Shown one piece after another: positions 26,825-35,397 of a stretch of DNA of 64,000 nucleotides. Source of the stretch: Escherichia phage ECML-183-2; sequence record OL631481.1. One strand, given 5' to 3'. How positions within the stretch are numbered: position 1 is the stretch's first letter; the number at the start of each line of letters is the position of its first letter. The notes under the pieces were generated by a model. That model was not told where the DNA came from and made no database searches. It saw only the letters and a program-made list of their open reading frames with translations. A program made the translations under genes and the position numbers.

Positions 26825-27150
26825 TATTCATCCTCCTCTGCAATACGATCTCTTACCCAATTAATTCTGTCCACGTTCAGGTGACAGGCATCTGCATCTG
26901 ACTCTAAGACATATGCATCGTAGTTCTCATTGAAAGGGAGTTCTTGATTCAACACTTTATGGTAAAACTGTGCGTGCATTTCATCTGACAAGGTTGTTAT
27001 AATGGGGTTGTAATTACCTCTGTGCACATAATCGAACAAGTTGGCACACAAACCACAATCCCGCCGAAAAGGTTTACCATCAGGAGCACCAACATCAATC
27101 CATGCTAGATAAATTTTATAAAACTCCATCAACCTTGCGCTTGTTTTCAT
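26824..27150 (-). CDS. member of six-copy paralogous family
   Basis: LMEFYKIYLAWIDVGAPDGKPF ... LPFN ... CHLNVDRINWVRDRIA; GAGGTGG RBS. Confidence 0.5.
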   Translation of the reverse strand: MKTSARLMEFYKIYLAWIDVGAPDGKPFRRDCGLCANLFDYVHRGNYNPIITTLSDEMHAQFYHKVLNQELPFNENYDAYVLESDADACHLNVDRINWVRDRIAEEDE

Positions 27151-27388
27151 TTAGCCACCTCGTTAGTTTTTCTTGCTCTTTGTTTGCGCGTTCTAAGCTT
27201 CTGAACTTTAAACAGAGGGAACGAGAATCCCTACCCATGCACAAGCTTTCATCTAAGCTGTGCTCCCCAACCAACCAAAGAGAGTATGTTTGAACATCTA
27301 ACCCATAGTTTCTGTCTTTCCATAATCTCACCCCAAGAACATCAAAAGGAGCTTCCGCGACTAAAGAAAGGAACCGATCTTTATTCAT
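27116..27388 (-). CDS. hypothetical protein (90 aa)
   Basis: ATG with AAGGTGG RBS and sigma70 promoter upstream; 35-nt overlap with next gene. Confidence 0.4.
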   Translation of the reverse strand: MNKDRFLSLVAEAPFDVLGVRLWKDRNYGLDVQTYSLWLVGEHSLDESLCMGRDSRSLCLKFRSLERANKEQEKLTRWLNENKRKVDGVL

Positions 27389-27450
27389 ATTACACCACCT
27401 TACTCACGTTGATAATGTATGTATACCATACATAAAATAAATGTCAAGGC

Positions 27451-27651
27451 TTATCGACACAGATAGTTGTAACGATCTGCTTTATCCTCTGCTTCAGCAA
27501 AGTCAGCAATCAAGGAAGTTTTAAGTTCTTCCAACTCTTTCACCCAAGAGTCGTAATCGTTCTGTGTTTCTCCAATAGTTTGGAGAAAACAATCGTCGTA
27601 GCCAATAGACATGGCTAACTCGATAATACGTTCCAGTTTTTCTTCCATCAC
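27451..27651 (-). CDS. hypothetical protein (66 aa)
   Basis: ORF track. Confidence 0.45.
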   Translation of the reverse strand: MMEEKLERIIELAMSIGYDDCFLQTIGETQNDYDSWVKELEELKTSLIADFAEAEDKADRYNYLCR

Positions 27652-28010
27652 TTCTCTCCTTCTACAGACTTCTGTTTAACATAGAAGTAAGCACCACGAG
27701 CAAGATACAAATCATGTTCAATATCGCTCACAGGAAAACCATTTGGATTTTTAAAACCATCTTCTACAGCCAAAATGAGAGATCGTAAACTGATAGCTAA
27801 CAACTCCATTTGATCTTGTAGTTTTCTATTTTCTGCGTAAAGGTTTTTGCATTTTTGTTCTGCATTTTTCCATTGTTCTAATGCATGATCATAGCGGTGC
27901 ATAAGAATAGCTTTTTCTTGTTCACGCTTAAAAGTTTCTTCACAAATGAAACCTGTGCCTAAACCAGTTTCTTCGTCTTTGACAAACACTTCAACAAAAT
28001 CTTTAGACAT
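27648..28010 (-). CDS. hypothetical protein (120 aa)
   Basis: Track ORF trimmed to ATG with AGGAG RBS just after upstream stop. Confidence 0.5.
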   Translation of the reverse strand: MSKDFVEVFVKDEETGLGTGFICEETFKREQEKAILMHRYDHALEQWKNAEQKCKNLYAENRKLQDQMELLAISLRSLILAVEDGFKNPNGFPVSDIEHDLYLARGAYFYVKQKSVEGEK

Positions 28011-28011
28011 A

Positions 28012-28275
28012 TTATCTCCTATTTGCTTTCGGATACTCCCAACCCTCTGGGAGATCTTCTTTACACATCCACTCAAAAGGCCAGCGACAATAACTGTGCC
28101 ACTTTCCATCGAGATACAAACAATCTTCATCTACTGGTCCACAAGGGTTGATAACTACAACACACCCTTTCGCTCGCCAATATTGAACTATTTCAGGGTA
28201 AAAACAAGAAACGTCGGTCCACTCCCAAATACGTTCATCATTCAGACGGTAGGCTGCTGGTAATGTTTCTTTCAT
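28012..28275 (-). CDS. hypothetical protein (87 aa)
   Basis: Track ORF (GTG) trimmed to first ATG. Confidence 0.45.
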   Translation of the reverse strand: MKETLPAAYRLNDERIWEWTDVSCFYPEIVQYWRAKGCVVVINPCGPVDEDCLYLDGKWHSYCRWPFEWMCKEDLPEGWEYPKANRR

Positions 28276-28279
28276 AGTA

Positions 28280-28516
28280 TTAAACCTGAGCCAAGGAGTC
28301 ACGCCAATTACGGCTATCTCCTTCTCCTAAATACCAGTAATCCGCAGCATTAAAAACTTGATAAGGAATACGCCACGCATAAGCGAAATCTGGAATCTCC
28401 GGTTTATGACTGTAACCATAACGCTCGCCACTCGAATCTGTTGCAATATAATTAACAAATTCAGGAACCTCTAAAATTTCACCTTGATACTCTACACGCT
28501 TGAAGCCATCTTCCAC
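28280..28516 (-). CDS. hypothetical protein, 3' part of a gene split by a homopolymer frameshift
   Basis: GTG-start ORF whose frame joins the upstream ORF if the G5 (plus C5) run at 28524-28528 were one base shorter. Confidence 0.4.
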   Translation of the reverse strand: MEDGFKRVEYQGEILEVPEFVNYIATDSSGERYGYSHKPEIPDFAYAWRIPYQVFNAADYWYLGEGDSRNWRDSLAQV

Positions 28517-28736
28517 TTGTTCCTCCCCCTTCTACCAGAAGGGCAAGAAGTTTGATGTGAGGGCAAGTGAAATCTTGTCCTGGATAACGTGAACGGATAT
28601 CAGTTAACAATGCGATCACAGCATCCGATAACTCTTTATAATCCTCATATCTTACAAATGTGCCTTCTGTCGGATCATCAGGACACAAACGCCAAACATC
28701 GTTGCAGTTTACAGCATAATGTCGCACTTTAGTCAT
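28479..28736 (-). CDS. hypothetical protein, 5' part of a gene split by a homopolymer frameshift
   Basis: Overlaps downstream ORF by 38 nt; improbable C-terminal tail after the G5 run. Confidence 0.4.
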   Translation of the reverse strand: MTKVRHYAVNCNDVWRLCPDDPTEGTFVRYEDYKELSDAVIALLTDIRSRYPGQDFTCPHIKLLALLVEGGGTSGRWLQACRVSR

Positions 28737-28745
28737 AAATACCCC

Positions 28746-29144
28746 TTATCGTTGCGTACAATCAGCTTCTAGAGTAAGAACATTCGTTATTGTTTTATCA
28801 TTTTTTAGAAATGCAAACCAAGCCAAAGTGTCTCGATACTCTGTGCGCATCATTACTACTTCAGTAGTGCCAATAAATTGTTGTGAACCGTACATAGCAC
28901 TACCATCTTTACTTTTTTCTCCTGTGTATTGCAGAATGCCACTCATCAAAGCACCGCCTGAATTTTTAAGGATAAAGGAGTTATCTTTATTAATGACAAC
29001 AGAAGCCATTTTCTTAGGACCAGAAATCACTTCACCTTTCAGATTTTTAACAACCACATCTGACACACACTCATAAACTTGAGACGCACTTGCTGTTCCA
29101 AGTGATGCAATGAGTAACAACAAACCTACGATGATCTTTTTCAT
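28746..29144 (-). CDS. secreted protein with signal peptide (132 aa)
   Basis: MKKIIVGLLLLIASLGTASA signal-peptide-like N-terminus. Confidence 0.55.
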   Translation of the reverse strand: MKKIIVGLLLLIASLGTASASQVYECVSDVVVKNLKGEVISGPKKMASVVINKDNSFILKNSGGALMSGILQYTGEKSKDGSAMYGSQQFIGTTEVVMMRTEYRDTLAWFAFLKNDKTITNVLTLEADCTQR

Positions 29145-29240
29145 ATAAACTCTCCTCTTTGTTTACCCGATGCGCCCCCTGTTGGGCGGAAAGGGTTGTA
29201 CGCAAAATTTTTAGCTCCAATCGTCGGGTGTCCCGACTCC

Positions 29241-29447
29241 TTACGCTTTTAATGTTTTAACAGAATGACAAGCTTTGCAAACAATAACCGGAACAAGTTC
29301 ATCTCCATTATCCGCATAAATCACTGTTTTCTTCATTCTGCCACCACATGAACAATACTCTGTATGATCCGCTGGAATATTAAATATTCCGTAATCACTT
29401 TCATACTGTTTCTTACATATGGACACTGCTTTCGTAAAACAAGACAT
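29241..29447 (-). CDS. small zinc-ribbon protein (68 aa)
   Basis: CSCGG ... CKACH. Confidence 0.45.
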   Translation of the reverse strand: MSCFTKAVSICKKQYESDYGIFNIPADHTEYCSCGGRMKKTVIYADNGDELVPVIVCKACHSVKTLKA

Positions 29448-29449
29448 GC

Positions 29450-29671
29450 CTACTCCGCAAGAACCTTCACTTCGTCAGAGAAGAATACGTAATCACAACC
29501 TTCCCAAACATCTTCTTCAAACCACTCCCATCCCTCGACTTTGGACATTTCTTCTATCGTAACAAAGAATGTTGTCATATCCTCACTAACAAGATGTGCT
29601 TCAACAACAAAAGGAATCTGAACATTCTCAAAACCAACATAACCCAATACATCACAAACTCTAATTTTCAT
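29450..29671 (-). CDS. hypothetical protein (73 aa), paralog of 33785..34015
   Basis: Shared WEW.E..W.G.DYVFF segment. Confidence 0.45.
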   Translation of the reverse strand: MKIRVCDVLGYVGFENVQIPFVVEAHLVSEDMTTFFVTIEEMSKVEGWEWFEEDVWEGCDYVFFSDEVKVLAE

Positions 29672-29672
29672 A

Positions 29673-29861
29673 TTATGCTCCTCTGTAGATTATGTTGGTG
29701 CGTTCACACTCTGCTACCAGCAAGCGATTAGCAATGTTATCCATAGGAACATCAATCTCTACACTCCAGGCATTGATACACACTTCTTCAATCTTTGCTC
29801 CCAACGTTTGTGCGATCAGAGCAACAGCCCCAGCATATTCAAGTTTAATCTCAATTACCAT
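29673..29861 (-). CDS. hypothetical protein (62 aa)
   Basis: Track ORF trimmed to internal ATG. Confidence 0.4.
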   Translation of the reverse strand: MVIEIKLEYAGAVALIAQTLGAKIEEVCINAWSVEIDVPMDNIANRLLVAECERTNIIYRGA

Positions 29862-29875
29862 TTTGCACCTCAAGG

Positions 29876-30106
29876 TTATTTGTCTTGCTTGTATCTTACA
29901 AGGCGATCACACTCCAGGTCAAGAAATTTCTCCGCATTTCGTTCATGTTTGAGCACAATACATTGTTCTTTCCAGTCTGTAGCTCTTTGCTGCGCTGCTC
30001 CTGGGTCAAAATCCCAAAGCCATGCCGCGAAAAGAACAACTACCCAAAGCCATACCGCGAAAAGAACAACTATAACAATTACTAAGAAACTAAACACTAT
30101 TGGCAT
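29876..30106 (-). CDS. small membrane protein with internal 10-aa duplication
   Basis: Hydrophobic core VVLFAVWLW VVVLFAAWLW encoded by a 2x30-bp tandem repeat. Confidence 0.45.
   Translation of the reverse strand: MPIVFSFLVIVIVVLFAVWLWVVVLFAAWLWDFDPGAAQQRATDWKEQCIVLKHERNAEKFLDLECDRLVRYKQDK
30003..30062. repeat. 2 x 30-bp in-frame tandem duplication
   Basis: cccaaagccat[g/a]ccgcgaaaagaacaacta repeated head-to-tail, 1 mismatch. Confidence 0.8.
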
Positions 30107-30411
30107 TGCACATCCTCCTGTGTAGCATGATCTTTTACCCATTTTATACGGGCAGCATTCAAATGCAATAGCCCGTTTCTTTGTGCAAAATCATATTTAA
30201 ACCAGTCTCCGTCATCAAACGGGTATTCTTCAGACAACCCTGCTTCTCGAAATTGCATTTGCATTTCATAATTTAGATCATCGTAACCACCAGTCCAAAG
30301 GTAGAGGCAACTGCACAAACCTTTATCGTGCCAGAAAGGATTATTATCTGGAGCACCAGCTAACAGCCAATTATGATAGGCTTGATAAAATTCTTTAAGT
30401 TCTTCTGACAT
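30097..30411 (-). CDS. member of six-copy paralogous family
   Basis: LKEFYQAYHNWLLAGAPDNNPF ... YPFD ... LHLNAARIKWVKDHA. Confidence 0.5.
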   Translation of the reverse strand: MSEELKEFYQAYHNWLLAGAPDNNPFWHDKGLCSCLYLWTGGYDDLNYEMQMQFREAGLSEEYPFDDGDWFKYDFAQRNGLLHLNAARIKWVKDHATQEDVQCQ

Positions 30412-30609
30412 TTAACCCCCTGTGTACAGTGTTGAAAGATACACAGCAAAAGCATTCTCGGCTGTTTTAACCTCCTCTTCAAGATCTTCACGCTCTGTTG
30501 GCGTTAGCGCATTTCGCACAGCAGCGTCTGCTTCTCGGATTTTTCTTACTAAACGTGAAACATCTTTCAGTTGTTGAAAAGTAGCCATAATCTTCCTCCT
30601 TTTAGTCAA
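30412..30609 (-). CDS. hypothetical protein (65 aa)
   Basis: ORF track. Confidence 0.45.
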   Translation of the reverse strand: MTKRRKIMATFQQLKDVSRLVRKIREADAAVRNALTPTEREDLEEEVKTAENAFAVYLSTLYTGG

Positions 30610-30835
30610 ACCAGTTGTATTCGGAAGGGTAACGAGCGTAGTTTGGCTTGTACCCCAGTCTTTTCATCTTAACAGACATACGAGTGAAGCCAAAGGTTGT
30701 TTTGCCCTTAGACATAAACTTCTTCCCACTCTTCATTGGCTTCTTAGGGTTTTTGATCGTCTGGTGTAACGCTCGCGCAAGCCACAGAGTGTATGCGCTC
30801 GGCACTTGATTAACTTTCATCTTGTTACCTTTCAT
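30602..30835 (-). CDS. small basic protein (77 aa)
   Basis: Track ORF trimmed to ATG with AAGGAGG RBS; Lys-rich. Confidence 0.45.
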   Translation of the reverse strand: MKGNKMKVNQVPSAYTLWLARALHQTIKNPKKPMKSGKKFMSKGKTTFGFTRMSVKMKRLGYKPNYARYPSEYNWFD

Positions 30836-30845
30836 CGAAACCTCC

Positions 30846-31055
30846 TTAGTGAACTTCGTGCCAAGTGCCAAACTCTTCTGCTGATACTTTAGGAACGGCA
30901 TGAGTTTCTCGATATTTGTTTAAAGCTTTCTCAATGGCTGTAGCAAAAACATCTTGTGATTTATAAGGCATATAATAAGAGCGTCCCATGTATGCCACTG
31001 CATCACGTAATTCTTCTGCTTGCTCTTGTGTAACTGTCAATGTGATAGTAACCAT
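30846..31055 (-). CDS. hypothetical protein (69 aa)
   Basis: Track ORF trimmed to internal ATG. Confidence 0.45.
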   Translation of the reverse strand: MVTITLTVTQEQAEELRDAVAYMGRSYYMPYKSQDVFATAIEKALNKYRETHAVPKVSAEEFGTWHEVH

Positions 31056-31354
31056 TATTTCACCTCCGACCAATCAATAGTGATCCACTCGTATGCCCCG
31101 TTCAGATCCATTTCTTTATAAACAATAAGCCCACGCTCACGAAGAATTGCTACTGCTTCATCCATCCACTTCACCTGATTGTAGATCGCCCCTGGGTGGG
31201 TAGGGGAATTATCTAGACCAAAATCAGATGGCGTGAAATTTCTTGAAGAGTTTCCCGCTCGTGCTTCAGCAAAACATGTCTCGATCACTTCTTCAACAGG
31301 GAAGTTGAAGGAAGCTTCTTTTGCAATACGGCGTAACTGTTCAGTCAGATTCAT
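31055..31354 (-). CDS. hypothetical protein (99 aa)
   Basis: ORF track. Confidence 0.5.
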   Translation of the reverse strand: MNLTEQLRRIAKEASFNFPVEEVIETCFAEARAGNSSRNFTPSDFGLDNSPTHPGAIYNQVKWMDEAVAILRERGLIVYKEMDLNGAYEWITIDWSEVK

Positions 31355-31381
31355 CTTATTCTCCTTTCGTTGTGTGAAACA

Positions 31382-31819
31382 TTACAGCAGATCTAATGCT
31401 TTCAACTCTTCTTTCAATGATTCAGGCAGGTCACATTCAATGTCAATCAGAGATAACAAGTGACCAACAATGCCTTCCAGATGTTGATACTCACTATAAC
31501 TTATAAATTCAGAATTGTAAACAGAAACATCCTTAGTTTCTTTCACAACTTCCCCCGCAGACACACACATAAAAAAGTTACGCTCTCCGCGAGCTAACAA
31601 TATCTCCCAACTCCTGAACGGATACTGTCCAGCTTCAATAATATCTCCGCTGTCCAATAAAGTCAATGAGCAAACAGACCCTGATTCACTAACATCTTCG
31701 ACGCGGAAACAAGACCCTTCAATCAAAGCTGCCATTTTGAAATTTTCATCAGAAATCATAGAGAAAGCTTCACATGCAGCTTTGCTTTTGAAACAGTAAA
31801 CAGCATTAACTTTGAACAT
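31382..31819 (-). CDS. hypothetical protein, MFK-family paralog 1 of 3
   Basis: N-terminus MFKVNAVYCFKS shared with two tandem neighbours. Confidence 0.5.
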   Translation of the reverse strand: MFKVNAVYCFKSKAACEAFSMISDENFKMAALIEGSCFRVEDVSESGSVCSLTLLDSGDIIEAGQYPFRSWEILLARGERNFFMCVSAGEVVKETKDVSVYNSEFISYSEYQHLEGIVGHLLSLIDIECDLPESLKEELKALDLL

Positions 31820-31828
31820 AATAGCTCC

Positions 31829-32614
31829 TTATTTTATTACCGCAGTAGGCTCAATACTAACAACACCAATACGCTCATAGATCTCAACAGTAGAAATTGG
31901 ATATTCTTCCTTCATCTTTTTTGCTTCCGTGGCGATCTCTTCATAAGAATGTGACACCAATTGGACATTCATGCCTTTAACAATAGCATAGTGTTTAAAA
32001 TTCGCTGCGGATTCCTCTTGTTTAGGCTCAACAACATCTTTAATATTTTTAAAATAAGGGTTATCGCTTTTGATTAGCAGTGCACAAGCTTCCTTGAACC
32101 AGCCTTCACCTGCTACATGATTTGTATTACATACAAGCCTACGGATTGCTGTTACATCTTGTCCAACCATCTTTGTGATCACGAAAGGATCATCGCCAAT
32201 AAGATCGGAAATTTTTCGGTTTACATTGTTTGTCGTTTGTCCTCCGTCAATATAATTGGCGAAAAGCTTACGATCTTGTTCACTTGCAAACTTATAGACA
32301 CCACCTTCTACAAAGACACAGCCTCCTGTAGGAGAATCTTCATAATCTTCAGGAGTATGTTCTTCAAAACGAGCATAATCCATACAACTTACAAGCTTAT
32401 AACCTTCAGGGAAAAGCCCAGAACCAGCTTCGATGATTTTATTTGTGTCTAATACCTTCACCTTAGATACAGAACCAAGAAAATCAACATCCAAAACTTT
32501 AAACTTGCTATCTTGAATGCAACCTACAAAGAAAGCGTTACCAATACTAGCTTTACCAAAATTCTTTTTGGTATCTTCCGATTTGAAATTATAAATAAAA
32601 CCTACTTTAAACAT
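31829..32614 (-). CDS. hypothetical protein, MFK-family paralog 2 of 3 (261 aa)
   Basis: N-terminus MFKVGFIYNFKSED. Confidence 0.5.
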   Translation of the reverse strand: MFKVGFIYNFKSEDTKKNFGKASIGNAFFVGCIQDSKFKVLDVDFLGSVSKVKVLDTNKIIEAGSGLFPEGYKLVSCMDYARFEEHTPEDYEDSPTGGCVFVEGGVYKFASEQDRKLFANYIDGGQTTNNVNRKISDLIGDDPFVITKMVGQDVTAIRRLVCNTNHVAGEGWFKEACALLIKSDNPYFKNIKDVVEPKQEESAANFKHYAIVKGMNVQLVSHSYEEIATEAKKMKEEYPISTVEIYERIGVVSIEPTAVIK

Positions 32615-32626
32615 AACATTCCCCTT

Positions 32627-33082
32627 TTAAACAAAAGATACGCCGATGGTAGCAACAACCATACGTTTATAAACTTCAACCTCTTCTGTAGGATTAGCCA
32701 TTTTATGCTCTGCTGCTTCTTTCAAAGCTTCTTCATAACTTTCAAATCCAGAAATACAGGTGTCATCAGTCATTACAACATACCACTCTTCTTTTGTTGT
32801 ATCAACAGGTTCTTCTTGGGGTTTTCCACGACCACCACGAACACCACCGTCAACAAAATAATCTATATGAGCAGAATTGATTATGTAACGATCCCCATCA
32901 CTAGCAGTGATAATACCGTCTCTCCCTATCACAACAATTGACAAGATATTACCATTTGCATCAGTGCTCAACACCTCGAAAAAATTCTCTCCAATGATAG
33001 CAGCAATACTGTTATCAAAGGTAGAATATAATCGCATATAGTCTTCATCCTGGAAACGGTAGACATGACCTTCTTTAAACAT
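32627..33082 (-). CDS. hypothetical protein, MFK-family paralog 3 of 3
   Basis: N-terminus MFKEGHVYRFQDED. Confidence 0.5.
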   Translation of the reverse strand: MFKEGHVYRFQDEDYMRLYSTFDNSIAAIIGENFFEVLSTDANGNILSIVVIGRDGIITASDGDRYIINSAHIDYFVDGGVRGGRGKPQEEPVDTTKEEWYVVMTDDTCISGFESYEEALKEAAEHKMANPTEEVEVYKRMVVATIGVSFV

Positions 33083-33536
33083 TGCTCTCTCCTCCTAGTT
33101 CATCATACCATTTCAAAGCGTCTTTTGGAAGCATACCAAAATCTTCTTTTAGTTCTTTTTCAATCTCTTCTTGCATTTCCATCAGCATTTTCAATTGACG
33201 AACTTTTTTGTGCATAGCCACATTTCTTTCATTAAGATTTGTCACTACATTATTTGCACGACTTGGTGGAAATGACAAAGGTTTCACGGGAAGATAATCT
33301 TCAATATTATCTAGTGCGTTACGAAAATTATGATCCAAGAAACGCACATCTACACGATTGTAATCGGCAGCTACAACAGTGAACACTTTAAACGGCACAT
33401 TGGATAAAGTATGTTGCACACAGACAGTACCCATATTACCTTCAATTTTACTGGTAACTTCCAGCAAACCTGTATGAGCACTAACATAATCGTGAACACA
33501 TTGCACATAAGCTGCCAGTATAGTGAATTGTCTCAT
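33075..33536 (-). CDS. hypothetical protein (153 aa)
   Basis: ORF track. Confidence 0.5.
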   Translation of the reverse strand: MRQFTILAAYVQCVHDYVSAHTGLLEVTSKIEGNMGTVCVQHTLSNVPFKVFTVVAADYNRVDVRFLDHNFRNALDNIEDYLPVKPLSFPPSRANNVVTNLNERNVAMHKKVRQLKMLMEMQEEIEKELKEDFGMLPKDALKWYDELGGESNV

Positions 33537-33781
33537 TTTCTACCTCCCCATAATGCTAACATTTTATTGAAAATGGAAACGCGTCGTGCGCGAGATGCCA
33601 TATCATAATTCATTCTTTCCGTCTCTGCAAGAAATTGATCTACGGTAATCAACGCTTCTGTCTTCTCTTTCAGAGTTTGCATATTCATCCATTCACATTC
33701 AGAGTACCAATTATCGAAATACAAACTATCAAGAAGATCCATTGCTGCTTCATTCTGTTGTGGTGTGATCATTGCACACAA
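33533..33781 (-). CDS. hypothetical protein (82 aa)
   Basis: ORF track. Confidence 0.45.
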   Translation of the reverse strand: MCAMITPQQNEAAMDLLDSLYFDNWYSECEWMNMQTLKEKTEALITVDQFLAETERMNYDMASRARRVSIFNKMLALWGGRK

Positions 33782-33784
33782 CCC

Positions 33785-34015
33785 TTAATAGACAATTTCA
33801 TATTCGTGAGGAAAGAAAACATAATCTTCCCCTTCTCGTGCATCTATCTCGTCCCAAAACCATTCCTGCACTTCCATCATCTTCGAGAATCGCACATGAG
33901 CAAGCCCACTGTATTCCACAGTAGCTTCCAACACAAGTGGAAATTTTGCATGGACAAGTCCTTTATAACCACCATCATTCTCAATACGAATTTTCATGCG
34001 TTTCATGTTATGCAT
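33785..34015 (-). CDS. hypothetical protein (76 aa), paralog of 29450..29671
   Basis: Shared EDYVFF segment. Confidence 0.45.
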   Translation of the reverse strand: MHNMKRMKIRIENDGGYKGLVHAKFPLVLEATVEYSGLAHVRFSKMMEVQEWFWDEIDAREGEDYVFFPHEYEIVY

Positions 34016-34217
34016 CCTTCAGACCCTTAATAAAGTAACGACCAACCGGATTCCCTCGGAAGTATTCGTTAATGAAATCGATAACACACGTTTCACTGCC
34101 TGTCACAACGGACGGCTTAAAGTTTTGGAATTCTACAGCTACACGGCTGGCTTTAGCCAGTGCTTGCACACGTGTAGGATCAGTCAAGAACATTGTGACA
34201 GTTTTCAAATTCTTCAT
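34008..34217 (-). CDS. hypothetical protein (69 aa)
   Basis: ORF track. Confidence 0.45.
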   Translation of the reverse strand: MKNLKTVTMFLTDPTRVQALAKASRVAVEFQNFKPSVVTGSETCVIDFINEYFRGNPVGRYFIKGLKDA

Positions 34218-34266
34218 TTCATCTCCTCATTGGCTATCTGTTATGTCGTCCATTATACAAACATCT

Positions 34267-34605
34267 TTATTCAATGCAAGCATTATTTGCATCTTCAATG
34301 CGATCTTTCACCCACTGAAGACGTAACTCGTTGGTATGACACGCTAAACCTATGCACTCTGAAAGGTAATCCATGCAATCTGCATTAAACGGGAAATTGT
34401 AATCTAGTCCTGCACCAATAAACTGGGATTTCATCTCTTGTTGTAGACGAGGTAACAGTTCATCAGGGTATGTTCCCTCTACATACTTAATCAAACATAT
34501 GCACAAACCACTCGTTGTGTGACCTTCTACCTCACCAGCAAGCCAAGCTTTGTAAAACTTCATTAGACGTAAACTACTTAACGGAACATTTTTACTCTCT
34601 TGCAT
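34267..34605 (-). CDS. member of six-copy paralogous family
   Basis: LMKFYKAWLAGEVEG ... NFPFN ... CHTNELRLQWVKDRIE; GAGGAG RBS. Confidence 0.5.
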   Translation of the reverse strand: MQESKNVPLSSLRLMKFYKAWLAGEVEGHTTSGLCICLIKYVEGTYPDELLPRLQQEMKSQFIGAGLDYNFPFNADCMDYLSECIGLACHTNELRLQWVKDRIEDANNACIE

Positions 34606-34944
34606 GACAATCTCCTCTCATCGTTAGCCATCTTTCATGGCAATCATCAATCACCAACATCATACGATCAATCTTAAGGAATTACAATCGAATTATCATA
34701 GGGGATTCCTATCAATTATCCCATATATACCGATTATTTTTGACACCCCATTCTTGTATAAAAAGTAACCCAAAATATCCACGGGGAGAGATTATTTCGA
34801 CACACCCTGTTTCATGGCAATCATGGCAAGAATATCTAATAGAATCAATATCATATGGCAAAAATCATGGCGCATACGTAAGAAGTGCTTAACGCGAATT
34901 TTCGGGCCGTCAGGTCCACGCAGCGACAATTCCCAAATATCATG

Positions 34945-34967
34945 CGAATGAGAATAATTATCATTCG
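34945..34967. promoter_or_regulatory. Fur-box-like palindrome
   Basis: cgaatgagaataattatcattcg; near-perfect dyad, ~13/15 match to TGATAATCATTATCA. Confidence 0.3.
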
Positions 34968-35126
34968 TATTCAATGACTTATGCAAGGCTCATGCCAACA
35001 TAGCGACAAGGTGGGCCACCTGATTATAAATCACACAAACACTTATTTATCAATGGTTTGGCAACTTCATCATATGACGGAACAATGTCAACTAATCCCG
35101 CTCATGACAGACGGACTATTATTTAT

Positions 35127-35145
35127 ATGAGAATGATTATTATTT
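35127..35145. promoter_or_regulatory. Fur-box-like site
   Basis: atgagaatgattattattt. Confidence 0.25.
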
Positions 35146-35379
35146 AAACGTTTATTAACATATAAACTAAAATAAATCAAGAATTTTCTGATTTTATTTA
35201 CGTTTAAGAGAAGGTGCTCAACATCCTACCGGATCGCCGTTGGCAATCCTCGGATATTTACGCCCCCATGATTAAGGTTTATCTCTTTTATAGCTCAACA
35301 TTCCCGCCTGTGGCGGTAACATTTCGCCCCCAAAATTATTGACTTTTATTCTATTATGTGCATAGTGTGCAATGTATCG

Positions 35380-35397
35380 GAATGATGATAATCATCC
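35380..35397. promoter_or_regulatory. Fur-box-like site
   Basis: gaatgatgataatcatcc; ~13/14 match to ATAATGATAATCAT. Confidence 0.3.
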
